Source: Lama glama
Lineage: Eukaryota
Assembly: GCA_028534125.1 (NCBI GenBank)
Contig: CM052817.1
Coordinates: 53,570,001 to 53,634,000, forward strand
Direction of reading: 5' to 3'
DNA: 64,000 nt
Part shown: positions 50,440 to 64,000 of the stretch, in pieces
Layout: each line of letters begins with the position of its first letter
Numbering within the stretch: the first letter of the stretch is position 1
Made by a program: the position numbers and the translations under genes
The notes under the pieces: generated by a model
The model's database searches: none
What the model was told of the DNA's origin: nothing
Seen by the model: the letters and a program-made list of their open reading frames with translations, nothing else

Positions 50440-50660
50440 CGTTTGGACTTATCCCTGTAGGTAAAGAGAGCCACTGTAGAGAAGCATTGGAGTGACAGGA
50501 CCAGATTTCATTTTAGAAAAAATTCTGGTGATAATTAGAAAATGGTTATAGAAGGATAAAGCTGCATGTAGGAAGATGAGATAGGGACAAGAGTCTAGGA
50601 GGGAAATAAGGAAGTTATGAGATTGGCCAATGGAGACGGTGCTAAGACTAGGGAAGTATT
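50440..50660 (-). mobile_element. L2 fragment
   Basis: tttggacttatccctgtaggtaaagagagccactg ... ccagatttcattttagaaa. Confidence 0.6.
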
Positions 50661-51799
50661 TAAGAGACAAGTTCAACAGAGAAAGAAATACAGGAACACT
50701 TTCAAGATTCCAGTCATTTATATTAAACAACTATTTAGTGATCATGTTTTGTGTATCTATCAATAATCACCCCCAAGAACATATTCAAGGAATCTTACAT
50801 CATCAAGTGGATTTTTTTTGTAGTAAAATGTTTTCTATATAATAAAGTATTCTAATATTGTCTCATTTTAATAAGACAAAAATGACAGTTATTTTAAAGG
50901 GGTCTACATAAAAATTCTTCTATTTGTGTGTATGTATCTATGATCATATATATTTTTCTGCATGTATCTATATATGTCAATGCACATTGAAGTTTAGCTG
51001 GGAGAAAATGGTAGAGATAAAAATACTGAAGCTCCTATATACACATAAAAGGCTGTAAAAGATTGGGAGAAAGCTGAGGCTGCAGGCTGCTGCTTTGAGC
51101 TATCGAGGTGCTAGTTATATAAATAACGTTGAAAGATTTCTCCTTTTGTACAAATAAAAGGATCACTGATGCTAGAGGTTCCTGGTACCGGAGCTATAAT
51201 ATAGCAAGGACATAAGTGATGGATTGATATCAATGGACCCTGACCAATTAAAACCATCCCAATGTGGATGAACCGGAAGGATCAAAATATGTTACCTCAA
51301 AGGGCATTGGTGTACGCTTGGAATGGAAGGACAGGAGTCATGGAGATCAAGGCTGCTGCTGCCTTCTGACCAGCCTGTCTGCTGCTGGCCTTTTGAGGCA
51401 GCCCAGATCTGAACAGAACTAAGTCTCCTCTAGGTGACCTTTCTTATGCAAGCAGATTAGAGCAATCATCTTGACTTCATTGCCTTAATTTTATTACTTT
51501 AGACCAAAGTTGGGCAAGTGATTTAGGAAATCTACTTTTTAAAAGTCTGGAGTTTTGGAAAAAATTAATGTACATTAACATATTTTATTTCCAACTGGCT
51601 ATTTAAGAGACCTATCACAATGCAAAGTCAAATCACAGTTCTTCTCAAGTTAGTTATTTTTACTCTCTGACTAGTGAGAATGACAATTCTTATATTCCAA
51701 TTTGATTATCCCTAGAAAAGCAGGGAAGGATTTAAGAGACAGAGGAAAGAACTTTATAGTAATCAATGATGTTATCCTTAGGTAATATACCCTAGGCAT

Positions 51800-52322
51800 G
51801 ACATTCCCATGATATCACATGATAACAAACACTTATTACATCATAGTTTCTAATGGTTAGAGACTCAACAGTAGCTTAACTGAGCCTCAGCATCTCTTCC
51901 AAGGCTGCAATCAATATAGCAGCCATGGCTGCTGTCACTCAAGGGTTAACTGGAGAGAACTGTTTCCAAGTCCACTCCCGTGGCTCTTAGCCTTCAGAAG
52001 GTCTATGTTCCAATTATTCACATAGCTCTTGGCAGAGCTCAGAAGATATGCTTCCAAGCTCACTCATGTGGGATCCTCCACAGGGCTGCTCTAGGACATC
52101 ACCCCAGAACTGGCAAGGTAACAGAAAGTGAGGGAAAGCACCCAAGATGGAAGCCATAGACTCTTTATAACCCAACTTCAAAAATGACTACTCATCACTT
52201 CTCATAGTCTTTTCATCAGAAACAAGGCAATTTAAGTTCATCTCACAGTCAAGGGGGCAAGATTACATATGGGTGTGAAATTAGAAGATGAGGACAATTG
52301 AGGCCAGTGGCTGCCTACCGTG
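51800..52322 (-). mobile_element. MLT1F/G-like MaLR LTR
   Basis: tccaaggctgcaatcaa, cttccaagctcactcatgtgg, cccaagatggaagcc, gaggccagtggctgcctacc. Confidence 0.75.
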
Positions 52323-53089
52323 TGAGAAAAATGAAGTTAACTGGGTCCTCAGAAAGTAACTGACTTGATCATTAGAATTCAGTTCTCTTGACAAGCTTGT
52401 ATTCAAGTGTCTATTTCTATGAATAATGTATGGCTGCTCAACATTTTTGGACAGTATTTGTTGGCTTGATCTTAAAACTAATTTTACAAGCAATATCTAA
52501 ATACATGAAGACTGTGGGAATGAATATAAAATTAATTTTATAAGTAACACCTAACTAAGTGAAGACTACAAGAAAGACTATAATGAACACAAGACAGGAC
52601 TCTTTGAATTTATTATCGTGAAAATTATGTTTGTACATTTTAACAACAAATTCAATTATTACATTCTTTGCTACATGGTATAAGATAGCAATGGTATCCT
52701 TATCCTATAAATATTGGTAGCTGAATGTATGCTATTTGTAACTTATTTGGGATTGACATCAATGGTCCAAAATTCCACTATCAGAAGACAAATAGACATT
52801 TTGGAAATTGACACTGTAGAATGATAACACAGAGTTCATCACCTTTAGAGAATTTTAAGAGAACATCTGGTTCAATTCCAGGCATTCAAGTGCATGAACT
52901 TCTTATAATTACAGAATTAAAGTCATAAAAATTATTTCTTAGAAATCATTGGGTTTAGTGGTTATTAAACTTATTCTTTACTGCCTGCTCTGGGGGAAGG
53001 TGGGCTAGTCACAGTGAACAGAAAATGAAAAAAACCCTGACATGGATGAATAATTAGCATGTGTGTGTACACAGTGATGCCCAGAAGCC

Positions 53090-53520
53090 AAATAGAACAG
53101 AGAGTAAGAGAAGAGTGGAAAAAGATGAGATCAGAGAGATAGTAGATTGAAGAGAGCAGCTCAAATAGGATCTTGTGAGATGAGGTACTATGTGGGGCAG
53201 GTCATGTAGGGCATAAGTGATATGGGATACCATTGAAGAGTCATGAGCACAGAAACGACCTGATTTGACTTATCTTTTTAAAAGGATTATTCCAGCTGCT
53301 TTGTTGAGAATAGACTATCAGGTAACAAAGGTAGCGAAAGGGAACCAGTTGGGAGGTTATCACATTACTCCAGGTGAGAGATGATAATAGTTTTGAACAT
53401 GGTGATTAACAGTGGGGATAGCAGGAAATGATTAGACTTTTGAAAACAGAAACAGTGAAACTTGTATTAGATATGGGCTGTGAGAAAAACAATAGAGGAA
53501 TAAAGGTGACTCTACTATCA
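53090..53520 (-). mobile_element. L2 fragment
   Basis: ccattgaagagtcatgagcacag, aaaggattattccagctgct, ccaggtgagagatgat. Confidence 0.7.
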
Positions 53521-54119
53521 TTATATGAGTAGCAAAATCTTTTTTCTAATTAAACATTTTTTTAACAAGTAGAAGCAGAATCAAAGCAGGGGTTATGAGT
53601 TCAGATTCCTCCCCCAAGATACTCCATGGCTCCTGTTCTCACTCTGAGGACCTATAGAATGTGGCAGAGAAGAGCTTGAAAAACACTTGTAGTCAGTAAC
53701 TCAGTCCTCAACCTACATATGCCTTTTCCTTTTTAACTATAACTGAACTTAGTTTCAAAACATAGCCCAAAACATAATCTTATTCAATCTCAGATCAAGT
53801 CATTTCAGGTTATAAGCCGTCAATTTAGTCTTCATTTATCCAAGGACAGTGCCATGGTGACATTAGTGGAGAGGGGTAATAATTTGTTGTATTGTTTACT
53901 AAGCTGCCAGTTGTAGCACAAATTTTTACATGGTCATAAGCCCCTTTCCATTCATCTAGGTGTCCCAAGTTAAATGCAGTCTATGTGTGTATGCCTCTTT
54001 TAACTGTTGTGCCTCCTTAAATTGACTGGGACGCAGGAAAAAGGAGCTACACTCTTCTTCCAATCTAGTGCTATGGGAAACTTCGTAGGGCTACTTCAAA
54101 CCCTATTTGCCACTTACAA

Positions 54120-54239
54120 CTAGAGTGATCATCTAATTTATCATCTGAAACTGGGACATGTTGTCTGAGACAAAGGCTATTGAAAAGCAGATGTAAATCA
54201 GGACTGTCCTGGGAAAACCAGGCTCTGTAATTATCCTGT
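54120..54239. mobile_element. MER94-like hAT-Blackjack MITE
   Basis: tagagtgatcatctaatttatcatctgaaactgggaca ... ggactgtcctgggaaaaccagg. Confidence 0.6.
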
Positions 54240-54564
54240 GTCCAACTCTGATAACCATCTATCTTCTCTTGTTCTCCTGCCATAATGGCATAGTGAATGC
54301 CTGCAAGGCTGCCGTTTTCCAGTTTTACAGACAAATTTGGAGAGCATGGCTCCTTTGAACTCTCAGATGCCCAAATTTATCTGGCAGTTTTATTACCCGA
54401 AACTTGAATGGTAACACTCATGGGTTAAGGGGTTAGGGTACAGAGCCTCTTCCTTCACTAGAGCCTACTTTTGTTTCCTTTCATTGTCAAGTCTAAAATC
54501 CAGCCCAGAATTTTAATCTCTTCTAGTTGGGTAATCTTTTCCAGTGTGGGAGCAACTTACCCGG

Positions 54565-54919
54565 AGCCTTAGAGTGTTTGGGATACTGTAACAAGTAGCA
54601 CAGACCGGTGGCTTATAACTAACAGAAATTTATTTCTCAAAGGTCCAGAGGCTGGGAAGTCCAAGGTCAAAGCAAATTCAGTATCTGGTGAAAGCCACTT
54701 CTTGGTTCACAGACAGCTCCTTTCAGCCATAAGCTCACATGGTGGAAGAGGCAAAGGAGCTCTCTGGGGTCTCTTTATTAAGGCCACTAACCCCACTTAT
54801 GAGGGCTCCTCTCCCAGGACCTAATCACCTCACAAAGGTCTCATCTCCCAATACCATCCCATTTAGAGTCAGGATTTAGTAAATGAATTTGAGGGATTAA
54901 AAACACTCAGTCTGTAGTA
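54565..54919 (-). mobile_element. MLT1A0-like MaLR solo LTR
   Basis: aacagaaatttatttctca..gaggctgggaagtccaagg, gagctctctggggtctcttta, gacctaatcacctc, actcagtctgtagta. Confidence 0.88.
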
Positions 54920-56399
54920 TCCAGGAAGTATTCTTCCATATCTCTTAATTTCATGCATGACGTTACTTAAAAGTCAAGCATGTGCAGTTTCTATTCACTG
55001 GTTTGGCAACTATGACCAAGTGAGTAACTGTGACCTTGTGACTCAAATGGGCTCATGTATGGGATTAAAGGGAAGAGCAGAGTAGAGCAAAAACATAGCA
55101 GTAATTTATATTATCATTCACTTAACATTAATCAAATAAAATCACTTTATCAATGACAATCCTTCTATCTCAGATCACATAGTTAGATAAAGCAAAGTTG
55201 GGACAAATAATCAGGTCTCCTAATGCCTCCTGTATTGGACATAATTTTTCCATAGTACTTTTAAAAGCATTGAATTGTCTTGTTTTTGTTCTGGTTGTTG
55301 TTGCCTTCAAATTCCTACCAAATAATATTGTTTCAAGATTTTAAATCTCTAGACTTTATAAAATGCAGCACAGCTTGAGATTAAACTCAGAATGCTCCTT
55401 TTTCTCAGTGTATGTCAACTTCTTGATTTAATGTGCTACATTTTTTAGTCATCTCACTATATTTTAAAGGTGACTATAAAATCTGTAGTGAAATAATCAA
55501 TTAGTTTAAATGAAAAAAGGAAACCTTTATATAAGTTAATATTGCTATAAAGACTAAAATGATTTAAAAAATCTACTCAATTCCAAAACTTATATGGGTT
55601 TTATAACTTACAGGGTATAGTAAAATATATCCACTACCCTAAACTAAGTTTCAGAAACTTAAATGTGAAAAAAATTGACATTCTTTAGATTGATGGCATC
55701 TTGGGATAGTTAAAGATTATACTGCCCCATTTATAAAATGACTGTTAACCAGTAGGGAGCAATTAGGGACATGCTATGTTTCAAAGTGTAGGTACGTCAT
55801 AGCACTTAAGGTTAGAACACACAAGATATAGGTTATCAACATAAAAAGGAAAGAACTCATTTTATAAATATGGAAAAATTAGTTTAAAACTAGCTTAAAC
55901 TTACATTAATATAAAAATTCTTAGAGAACTGAATTCTTAATTATGAGTTTATTTAATTTTATTTAAAATTTTTTCTTGATCCTATTTGAATCTACATATA
56001 AAATAAGGATAGAAAAAAGTATATGTTAAATTGAGCTACTAAATTTCCCTTTTAGGGATGTTAGCAAATGACCCACTAAATAACAACAAAATTTAAAGGT
56101 AAATGAAAACCCAACTATTTCAAATTCATTTCCTTACTCATGTGTTCATTCATTGAACAATTTTTTGGAGTATCTACTATTGCTTACACTCTATTCTGTC
56201 TGGGCTAAAGTAGTAAAGAATACAAAGCATCTCAAAATGGCTTAGACTCTAATTAGGGAGTTCATTTGAATAAATTTAAAAATACTTATTTAGAAATATA
56301 ATGTGCAGTAGTTTTGAGGTATGTAAAAAGTAAAACAAAATCAGTGAGAAGATAGAAGACAAAAGGTGGAAGAGAGTGGAAGGTGCTATTTCATATATT

Positions 56400-56800
56400 A
56401 TAGGTTCCCTAAAGAAGAGCCAAAGTCTGGAATTAATGTCAAATATCTCACTGGGCAAGTGTTCTCAGGAGAAAGGGAGAACTCAAAGTGGAAAGAGCAG
56501 AGGAAAAAGCATAGAATGAATGCGGTCTCAGCTGGAGACTAGATTCAATCCGATCCCACAGGGAAGCTTGAGGGTATCATTGCCACGCAGAGTTGGCCCC
56601 ATCTCCCTGCTGGTTAGTGAATGCCAGTGCTTTTCAAATTACTATCTTGAGGAAAGGGTAACTTTCAAGACATCTAGTCCTTTCCTTCTAGCCCTTACTC
56701 TACAGGCCAAGGAAGAAGAATGAGAGTTGTGCCAACAGCTAAGAATATCCTTAAAAGTCCCAGGGAAACGAGCATAGGCTGGGCCAAGAGTGATCCAGTG
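56400..56800 (-). mobile_element. LTR16-like ERVL LTR fragment
   Basis: ggtctcagctggagactag ... gatcccacagggaagct ... agagttggcccc. Confidence 0.55.
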
Positions 56801-59719
56801 GATGCACTGTGAGATGGACCTGAGCTCGTTTTATTACCTGATCACATATGTTCCTCCTCTAACGGTGGGCCAATGACAACACTCTGGATCCCAAATACCA
56901 GTGTCCACTCAGATCCTGCATCCAAGAGTCCTCTAAACATCTATTATTCCCCATCTCCTAGTGTATGATTACCCAAATAAGTGGTGATAAGTCCTTTTTT
57001 GGGGAGGGTGGGGCGGGTAAGGAGACCATTGCTGTTCAATCCATGATTTCTGGGTCTGAGAACTGTCTTACACCTAGGAACTAAGCAAGAGATTTTGACT
57101 TTCTAGTGGGGCAGGTGACCCCCACTTCTGTTTGCCCACTCTTTATCTCTAATTATATTTATTAAGCAGTGATCTATGGCCATTTATCTATTTTGGGCCA
57201 AGAACAAGATAAATGCCTTCACATCTACATAATAATGTTACTACATAATTAATGTTACTAAACTACATTCTTCATGTTATAATTTTAATTCAATATACTA
57301 CTTGAAATTTTTAACATTAAATATATTTCTCATTACTGTAAAAGAAATGAACATCTACTCTGTGTTAGGTACTGTACTAAGTATCGTGTTAACTTAGAGC
57401 TGGAAGTACTGCATTCAATTACTGTGGTGGTTTTGAAGAACCAGAGACAAATTCTCAGGCTGTCAGTTTTCCCAGTCTGTATTATGAACACAAAAATATT
57501 TGCCCTGTTACCTTCCTATTTTGAAGTTCAAAATTTAAATTATAATTATTTTGAAAAACATAAAAGCACTATGTAAATATCATTTACATAATTATCTTCA
57601 TCTAAGCAGATGTTTCAGTGCATGCTGTTTTAGAATAAATATGTCTATGTATGTACATGTACATATATGTATACATACACGTATATATTCAGAGAGAGAA
57701 CTTAATATATTAATGATAACATGAGTTGGAACATTAGAAGAATTTAGTCTACTGATAATTTCCTACTAATAACCATATTGTTAGCTCATAAAAAAATGCT
57801 ACCTTTTTTTTCCCCACTTTTTAACATTCACTTTACTATTCTGGTCCCCAAATAAGATTCTTTTTTTTTAGTTTAAATTTAAAAGTGGCCTTTCCAATAC
57901 GACTTTTCTTGCTTCCAAAAAGTCCTCCTCGTAAAAGCTACAAAGGACTCTCACACTTCAAATAGTTCCCTCAGACATTTCGATAAGTGTAAATGAATTT
58001 TTTAATCTTCTGGAAGATTCATAATGCCCCGCAGATGTGTCCCTGGCTAAGAAAATCACACAGACGTCTATAAGAGGAATGCTGTCCACTAGCAGCTGCT
58101 GTATTACTTCCAATGCCTAAAGTGACATTCCCAGCTGCCATTTCATTCTTCCTAGAGAGCTTTTATGTTGCAAACTTCAAGTTAGGAGAGCTTCTCTTAT
58201 TATAGCAGCTCAGGAGCGACTTCTTTCTGACAAACTCCACTGCATTTGACTTGAGACTTGAATGAGAAAACAGTCACTGAGTCAGTTTAAAGGAAATCTG
58301 TCAGGAAGGAAATTTGAGGAGAAAGACAGACTTGAGGGAAGGTGGTGGGAGGTAAGGCAGTGGAGAAGGGAACAGGAGTTTATACAAAAGCACTTGATTT
58401 AGGTGTTATAGATTGCATATATTTTTCTACCCAGAAGCATCTGTGTTTCTAAGGAAATATTACTGGGGCATGGTCTTCAACAATACATTCTCTGGGGAAC
58501 CTGAAATGTAGATGGGAAATGGAAGAATTCAATCTAAAGGTTGCCCAGTGGTACAACTTGAAATTTATTCATGAATCATGTCCTCCCAAAAATTCAGTTT
58601 ACAATATTAGATTTTTTTTAAGTTAACTCGAAGCAATCTACAATACTACAGTGTAATCGTATGAACTCAAAGAACATAATCACATACAGCAAAACCTATC
58701 CTGAGCAAGACATTTGCCATTTCATGTTACCTCTACGGTTATATCTTTTTTTAATGAGGCATGACTGAAAAAGGTAAATTTTACATGGTGTCCAGTTTCA
58801 TTTTTTTTCTCTAAGCATCTGGCATTTTACTTCAGTGCTTTGCCTTTCAATTTCTTTTTCTCATTATAAAACGGACTCATTTTAAAGATTTCCTAGTTTA
58901 ACAGGTATTCACTTCAGAGGGCTTTTCTGGAATAGATTTTCTAGCAGAAAGGTAATTTATCACATTGAGGACTGTCTCTCAAGATAAAAAGGGAAATTGG
59001 TAGATAATAAACATTCTCAGTGCACCCTTAGTATTTGCAAGTGCAGGCTTTAAAATAAGAGTGATGCTGTTTCCACACATGGGGTGTGGTGCCTAACACA
59101 TGTGGACATTAAGTCCAAACTATTTTTTGAAATCGGCTCTTTCTTGGCCCACTGTAGTAAAGCATCTGTAAAGTTTGAAACCTAGTAATGCTGTAAGATA
59201 ACCAGAAGTGCTACTTTGATTTTACAACATATATACCTCCTCCAAATATATTCTATATTAAGAAATTCTTACATGAAAACACACTTTCTGAATATATATT
59301 TTATAAAAATCATTTAATGCAAGATCTATTTACTAAAACTTCCTATTTTTTCCCAAAATGTTCTTTTTTGTGTGAAAATTGACTTTATAACCAAGTTTTT
59401 AGGAATATATTCATTTTCAAGAAATGAAGGTAAAGGATTTCATCTGACCATGTAAGTTCATGGTAAAAATCTCATGTTACCACGAATCTTTCAGTGTTGA
59501 GGTCTTCACTGAGGGGAAATGCTACATTTCTTTGTATGTTTAAAGTGCCAAGTTATATTTTATAAGCATGCATTTAATGGGAGAATGGACAAAACATTTT
59601 ACAAAAACGTTTTGATTGACTTCCTGAGCTTTCTCCACCATTCCGGTTGTGTGGGGAATGTGGCTTTGTGGAGGACCGTGACACCATATACAGAACAGCC
59701 AAGGCCTCCCCAGAACATC

Positions 59720-60720
59720 ATCCACTCATGTGACATGCACTCATCAAGTACCTTCCAAGAGCCACACATTTATGTGACAGGAATTCAGCAGTTACCAGAA
59801 ACAGTCTCTTCCTCATGGAACTTAATTTCACTGAGATTTTCTTAATGTAAACAAATATTTCAGATAGTGACAAGTGTTATAAAGAATATTAAGCAGAGAA
59901 ATGTCCATCAACAAATGACTGGATAAAGATGCGGTATATATATACAATGGAATACTACTCAGCTATAAAAAAGAAAGTGCCATTTTTAGCAACATGGATG
60001 GACCTAGAGATGATCATACTAAGTGAAATAAGTCAGAGAAAGAAGAATATATGATATCACTTATATGTGGAATCTAAAGAAATGGCACAAATGAACTTAT
60101 CTGCAAAACAGAAACAGACTCAAAAACACAGAAAATAAACTTATGGTTACCGGGGAGGAAGGGCGAGGGAAGGGATACATTAGGAGTCTGGGACTAGTAG
60201 ACACAAGCTACTATATATAAAACAGATAAGCCACAAGGTCCTACTGTATAGCACAGGGAACTATATTCAATATTTTGTAATAAACTATAATGGACAAGAA
60301 TATTTAAAATATATATATATGAATCACTTTGCTGCACATCAGAAACTAACACAATATTGTAAATCAACTGTACTTCAATTAAAAAAAATATTAAGCAGTG
60401 AAAAGGGATAGAGACTGACTTAGAGGTACGGACTGGGAAGTGATTGTTAAATATCGTGGCCTCCCTGAGGAAGAAACATAGAACAGAGAATAGAACTGGA
60501 AGAAGGAACAATTGTGCAAAGTTCTGAAAAAGCGCAGTGAGGGACAAGGAGGTGGCGGAAGAGAACAGAAATTTAGACCAGATCAGCTGGACTCCAGTGA
60601 ATCACGGTGTTCAGTTTTAGTTCATTTTAGGTGCAAAGGGAACACATTGAAGACTTTAAGCAAGAAAGTATCATGATGAGATTAAAATTCCCGAAAGATC
60701 ACATCATTGAGAAAAACCAT
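59720..60720 (-). mobile_element. L2 element interrupted by an L1 insertion
   Basis: cttcctcatggaactta..., tttcagatagtgacaagtgttataaaga | L1 | ggcctccctgagga ... cattgaagactttaagcaagaaagt. Confidence 0.65.
59897..60386 (+). mobile_element. 5'-truncated L1 3' end (cetartiodactyl-type) with 12-bp TSD
   Basis: aaatgtccatcaacaaatgactggataaag, caatggaatactactcagc, gcaacatggatggacctagaga, ...tacttcaattaaaaaaaa; perfect TSD aatattaagcag at 59885-59896 and 60387-60398. Confidence 0.93.
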
Positions 60721-62074
60721 GAGCTTTCCAAGGGATTGTGAGCAAGTTGATGGCAAGAATAACATCTAGAATCTTTATTTTTGCATCTCCATTGCCCAGT
60801 ACTGTCTTAGACATCATGGTAATCACTCAATAAATATGTGTTTAATTACTGATATCAAAGTAGTTATAAAAACAATACACAGAAGGTAACCTTAAGTCTA
60901 CTCCTGGTAGTGTTCTAGTTCTCTGGGGAAAGATTTAAACTCTTGGTCTGTTATTTTCTCACAGGGAAAATTATATTCTCTAGTCACCTACATTCTGTTT
61001 ACCCAAGATTTCCCTTTCTGGGAGTAAAACTCCAGTAACAGGGCATTACCTCAGCCCACATAGTACAAAAGGTCCTCTCAGGGGCAACCAGGCAGTTTCT
61101 TTATATTCACAGAAGCAGCAAGATTCGTAAGTATGATTTTCTAACCCTTTCACTCACAACCCAGAGGACTTGTTATGCTCAATGTATATTTTACTCAAAG
61201 GGACAAAATAGTCATATATTATAAAGATTTCTAAAGAACTGAGCACATGTAAGACATAAGGAATAAAACCTACATGCATTTCTCATAAGAATCATATAGT
61301 CAAAGACTTTATCTGAAGTAAAGGGTAATTTTATTCTGCAATGTATTATTCGACTAAATGTTTACAAACTTGGACCCAATTCCCGGTGAAACTGATAGCA
61401 TCTATTTAGAAATGATACGTTTTTAGCACAGTCATTACACAGGCATTCTTTCTTCCTGGGGTGTTTTGCATGTGAGTTCCTTTTTCATGCTTCACTCGCT
61501 TTCAATCACACTTCAGTTTCATTGTTTGAAGAATAAAGCTCTAATTCATTGCCACATACAATTTACGACACTGATGTTTGGGTGGACATTTCCTCTCTTA
61601 AAATGCACACGCACACACTGCTGCAGAGTCTCCTGTCTTTGGAAAGCAATCTAGCAATAAGAGCTACCAGCTCGGTTATCAGTCAGAAACTTGACAGCAG
61701 CAGCCTCAGCTGCCCTGAAGCATCCCCGTGTCACAGAGACAGCCCTTTTACTTTCTTCCTCTTGGTTAATTTGGTCGCGGGCTTCAGCTTTTCGCTTCAT
61801 CCCAGTTGTCAGCTTATACACTATATCAGCATCTTTCAAGCTTCTCTTTGTATCATATAAGGTGAAAACAAAAATAAAAGTGATGACCTGATACTTGGGA
61901 TTAAAAGTATAGAAAACTCTCCAGTGTAGAAAATTATAGACACAGCAGAAGAAAATATTGAAGGCAGCCAAATTAATAATAATTAAAGAAAACTTATAAT
62001 TTTGGAATAATTACCCTGACATTCATCCCTAACCTATCAAAAACTGTTCTGTGTTAGCAGAGATTCTGTAACCT

Positions 62075-62920
62075 AATCATTCATTCAGTAACTCCATCCT
62101 GTTGAAGGCCAACCGTGTGCCAGGCTCAACACTAGTGCTGGCACTGGAGCAGTGAGCAGGACAGGACTGCTCTTTTTCAAGGAGCTTCCATTTTAGTAGT
62201 ACATACACTGGTAAAACATGTAATTCTAATGTAATGAGAGAACTATTATCATGGGAGAAGAATGGATTAATTAAATACCACAGAAGTTTGGAGTGGTACC
62301 TTAAACAGAGTATCTGACCCAGATTTGAACGTCAATAAAGGCTTCCTGGCCAAAGTGGTATCTAAACTAAGGCTTTAAATACAAACAAGATTCTTGGCAG
62401 AAAGGGCTCCAGGCTAAAATTTCCTCATGTACAAAGTACCAGAGGCAAGAAGAAACATGATCTTTATCAAGAAATGCAAGCTTATTCTGGCTAAAACATA
62501 GAAAGCTCGTAAGAGGTGAGCACGAAAAGAAAAGAGTAGAGGAGACGGGGGACGAGGGTACAGAAGTAGACAAGAAGCTTATTCAATCATGCAGGGAATT
62601 TCACTGAGTCCTGTGGTTGAGGGGAAGCACTGAAGAGTCTATGCAAAGATCACTCTGGATGTTGAATTTGGAATAAACTGGAAGGATTTAAAATTGGGAG
62701 AATGGCAGAAATACTAATTAGGAAATTTCTATAGTAATCCAACCAAGATATAAGTTAACATAGTCATACTAAGACTGGAGAAAAGTTGATGATCTTCAGG
62801 AGAGTACACAGATCTCATCCTCCCAGGCAACTCATTAAATATCAGGGGAGTGAAGAATAACGAATGGTTCCCAGATTCTTGACTTGAACAAGTGTTGCCA
62901 TTCTGGATGAGTAACACTAG
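62075..62920 (-). mobile_element. L2 fragment including the 3' end
   Basis: atcattcattca tail, tgtgccaggc, caaggagcttccattttagt, aaagatcactctgg. Confidence 0.75.
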
Positions 62921-63030
62921 CAGCCAGTAAATATCAGCCAAAGCATCTTCTCATAGCATATACAATTTTCCTAGTTACTCAGGGTACTTTTTAGAGCTTC
63001 TTATTGTTCAGCAAATCTAAACCCCGTAAC

Positions 63031-63398
63031 TGTTTATTTTGGACTAAACTGTGTCCCCTCAAATTCACGTGTTGCAGCCTAATCCTCAACGTGACTGTAT
63101 TTAGAGATAGGCCTTTTAAAGAGGGAATTACAGTTAAATGGGGTCATAGGGTTCATTATGACTGGTGTCCTTATAAAAACAGGAGATTAGGACCTTCAGA
63201 GAGAGACACCGGGGAAAAGGCCTTGTGAGGACACTGCGAGAAGACAGCAAGCCAAGAAAAGAGGGCTTATGAGAAACCAAAACTTCTGCCATCCTGGTCT
63301 TGGACTTCCATCCTCCAGAACTGTGGGAAAATGAGTATCTGCTGTTTAAGCCACCCAGTCTGTGTCCTTTGTTACAGCAGACCTAGCAAACTAATACA
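63031..63398 (+). mobile_element. MLT1A/B-like MaLR solo LTR
   Basis: ggactaaactgtgtcccctcaaattca ... gactggtgtccttataaaa ... tgtttaagccacccagtctgtg ... ctagcaaactaataca. Confidence 0.9.
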
Positions 63399-64000
63399 GG
63401 CCCCAAAAGAGCATTCATCTCAAGAGCAAATTCACCATATACATACATAGTGTGTATCATATTTATCAGAGATCATGTTACAGTCCAGGTGAGATACACA
63501 TGTTAAAAACAGACCTGTTAAAGAAGAATAGCAAATACTATGTTGTAAAAAAATATTCTTTCTCAGTTAAGGCCATTGCACGTAATATCAGCCATTCAAG
63601 CCAATGGAAAATTCCCCCAAGAAACAAATCACAAGTAATTAGGTTACTGAACACAGTAAAATCTTTCAATTAATGATCTCATACAGTGGCTATAACATGG
63701 GTTGTTGTGAAGATGGGGCTCCCAACCCCCTGGTCTCTATTAGCCCCCTGGTTACCCCAACATACCTATACTCTAAAGAAAATAATGGGCTTCCTAAATA
63801 AACACAGCTACAAGGTGAGCCCAGATTTCTGAGCCTAAGATTCTACCTAATAAAACTTCTAGTACCACTGTGAATCTCCTGCAGGCTTTTAAATTTTTCT
63901 TAGTTTCCCGGTAGCTGTAGCAGTTTCAATATCTTGGGGTTTCTGAAAATAAAAAAATTGTCCAGAATTTTATCAAACATTCATACTATTTTCCAGTGGG

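Noticed and set aside
1..64000. CRISPR array, operon or other novel multi-gene system
   Set aside because: There are no regularly spaced repeat-spacer units or gene-dense ORF clusters; content is typical mammalian non-coding DNA. Small exons of a host gene cannot be excluded by eye.

Overview
This is AT-rich, CpG-poor mammalian DNA with dense repeats. The tRNA-derived SINEs and L1 3' ends look camelid (alpaca/llama/camel); that is inferred from remembered repeat consensus sequences, not from a search. I found no spliced protein-coding exons, RNA genes, CRISPR arrays or prokaryote-like systems, so the window reads as intergenic or deep intronic. There are two processed pseudogenes. A CD24 retrocopy (~6835-8114, +) sits inside an MLT1 LTR, has a target-site duplication (TSD) and keeps a 75-codon open frame. 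A decayed RPL21 retrocopy (~48606-49138, -) has a premature stop. The rest is MaLR/ERV LTRs (one nested pair and a probable env-TM remnant), L1, L2, MIR, DNA-transposon MITEs, two young SINEs with TSDs, microsatellites and a 500-N gap. I did not find a new biological system. The best leads are the CD24 retrocopy, a probably chimeric L1 3' tail present twice, and a few repeat-free, CpG-retaining candidate enhancers. Repeat subfamily names and most repeat boundaries are approximate and assigned by eye.
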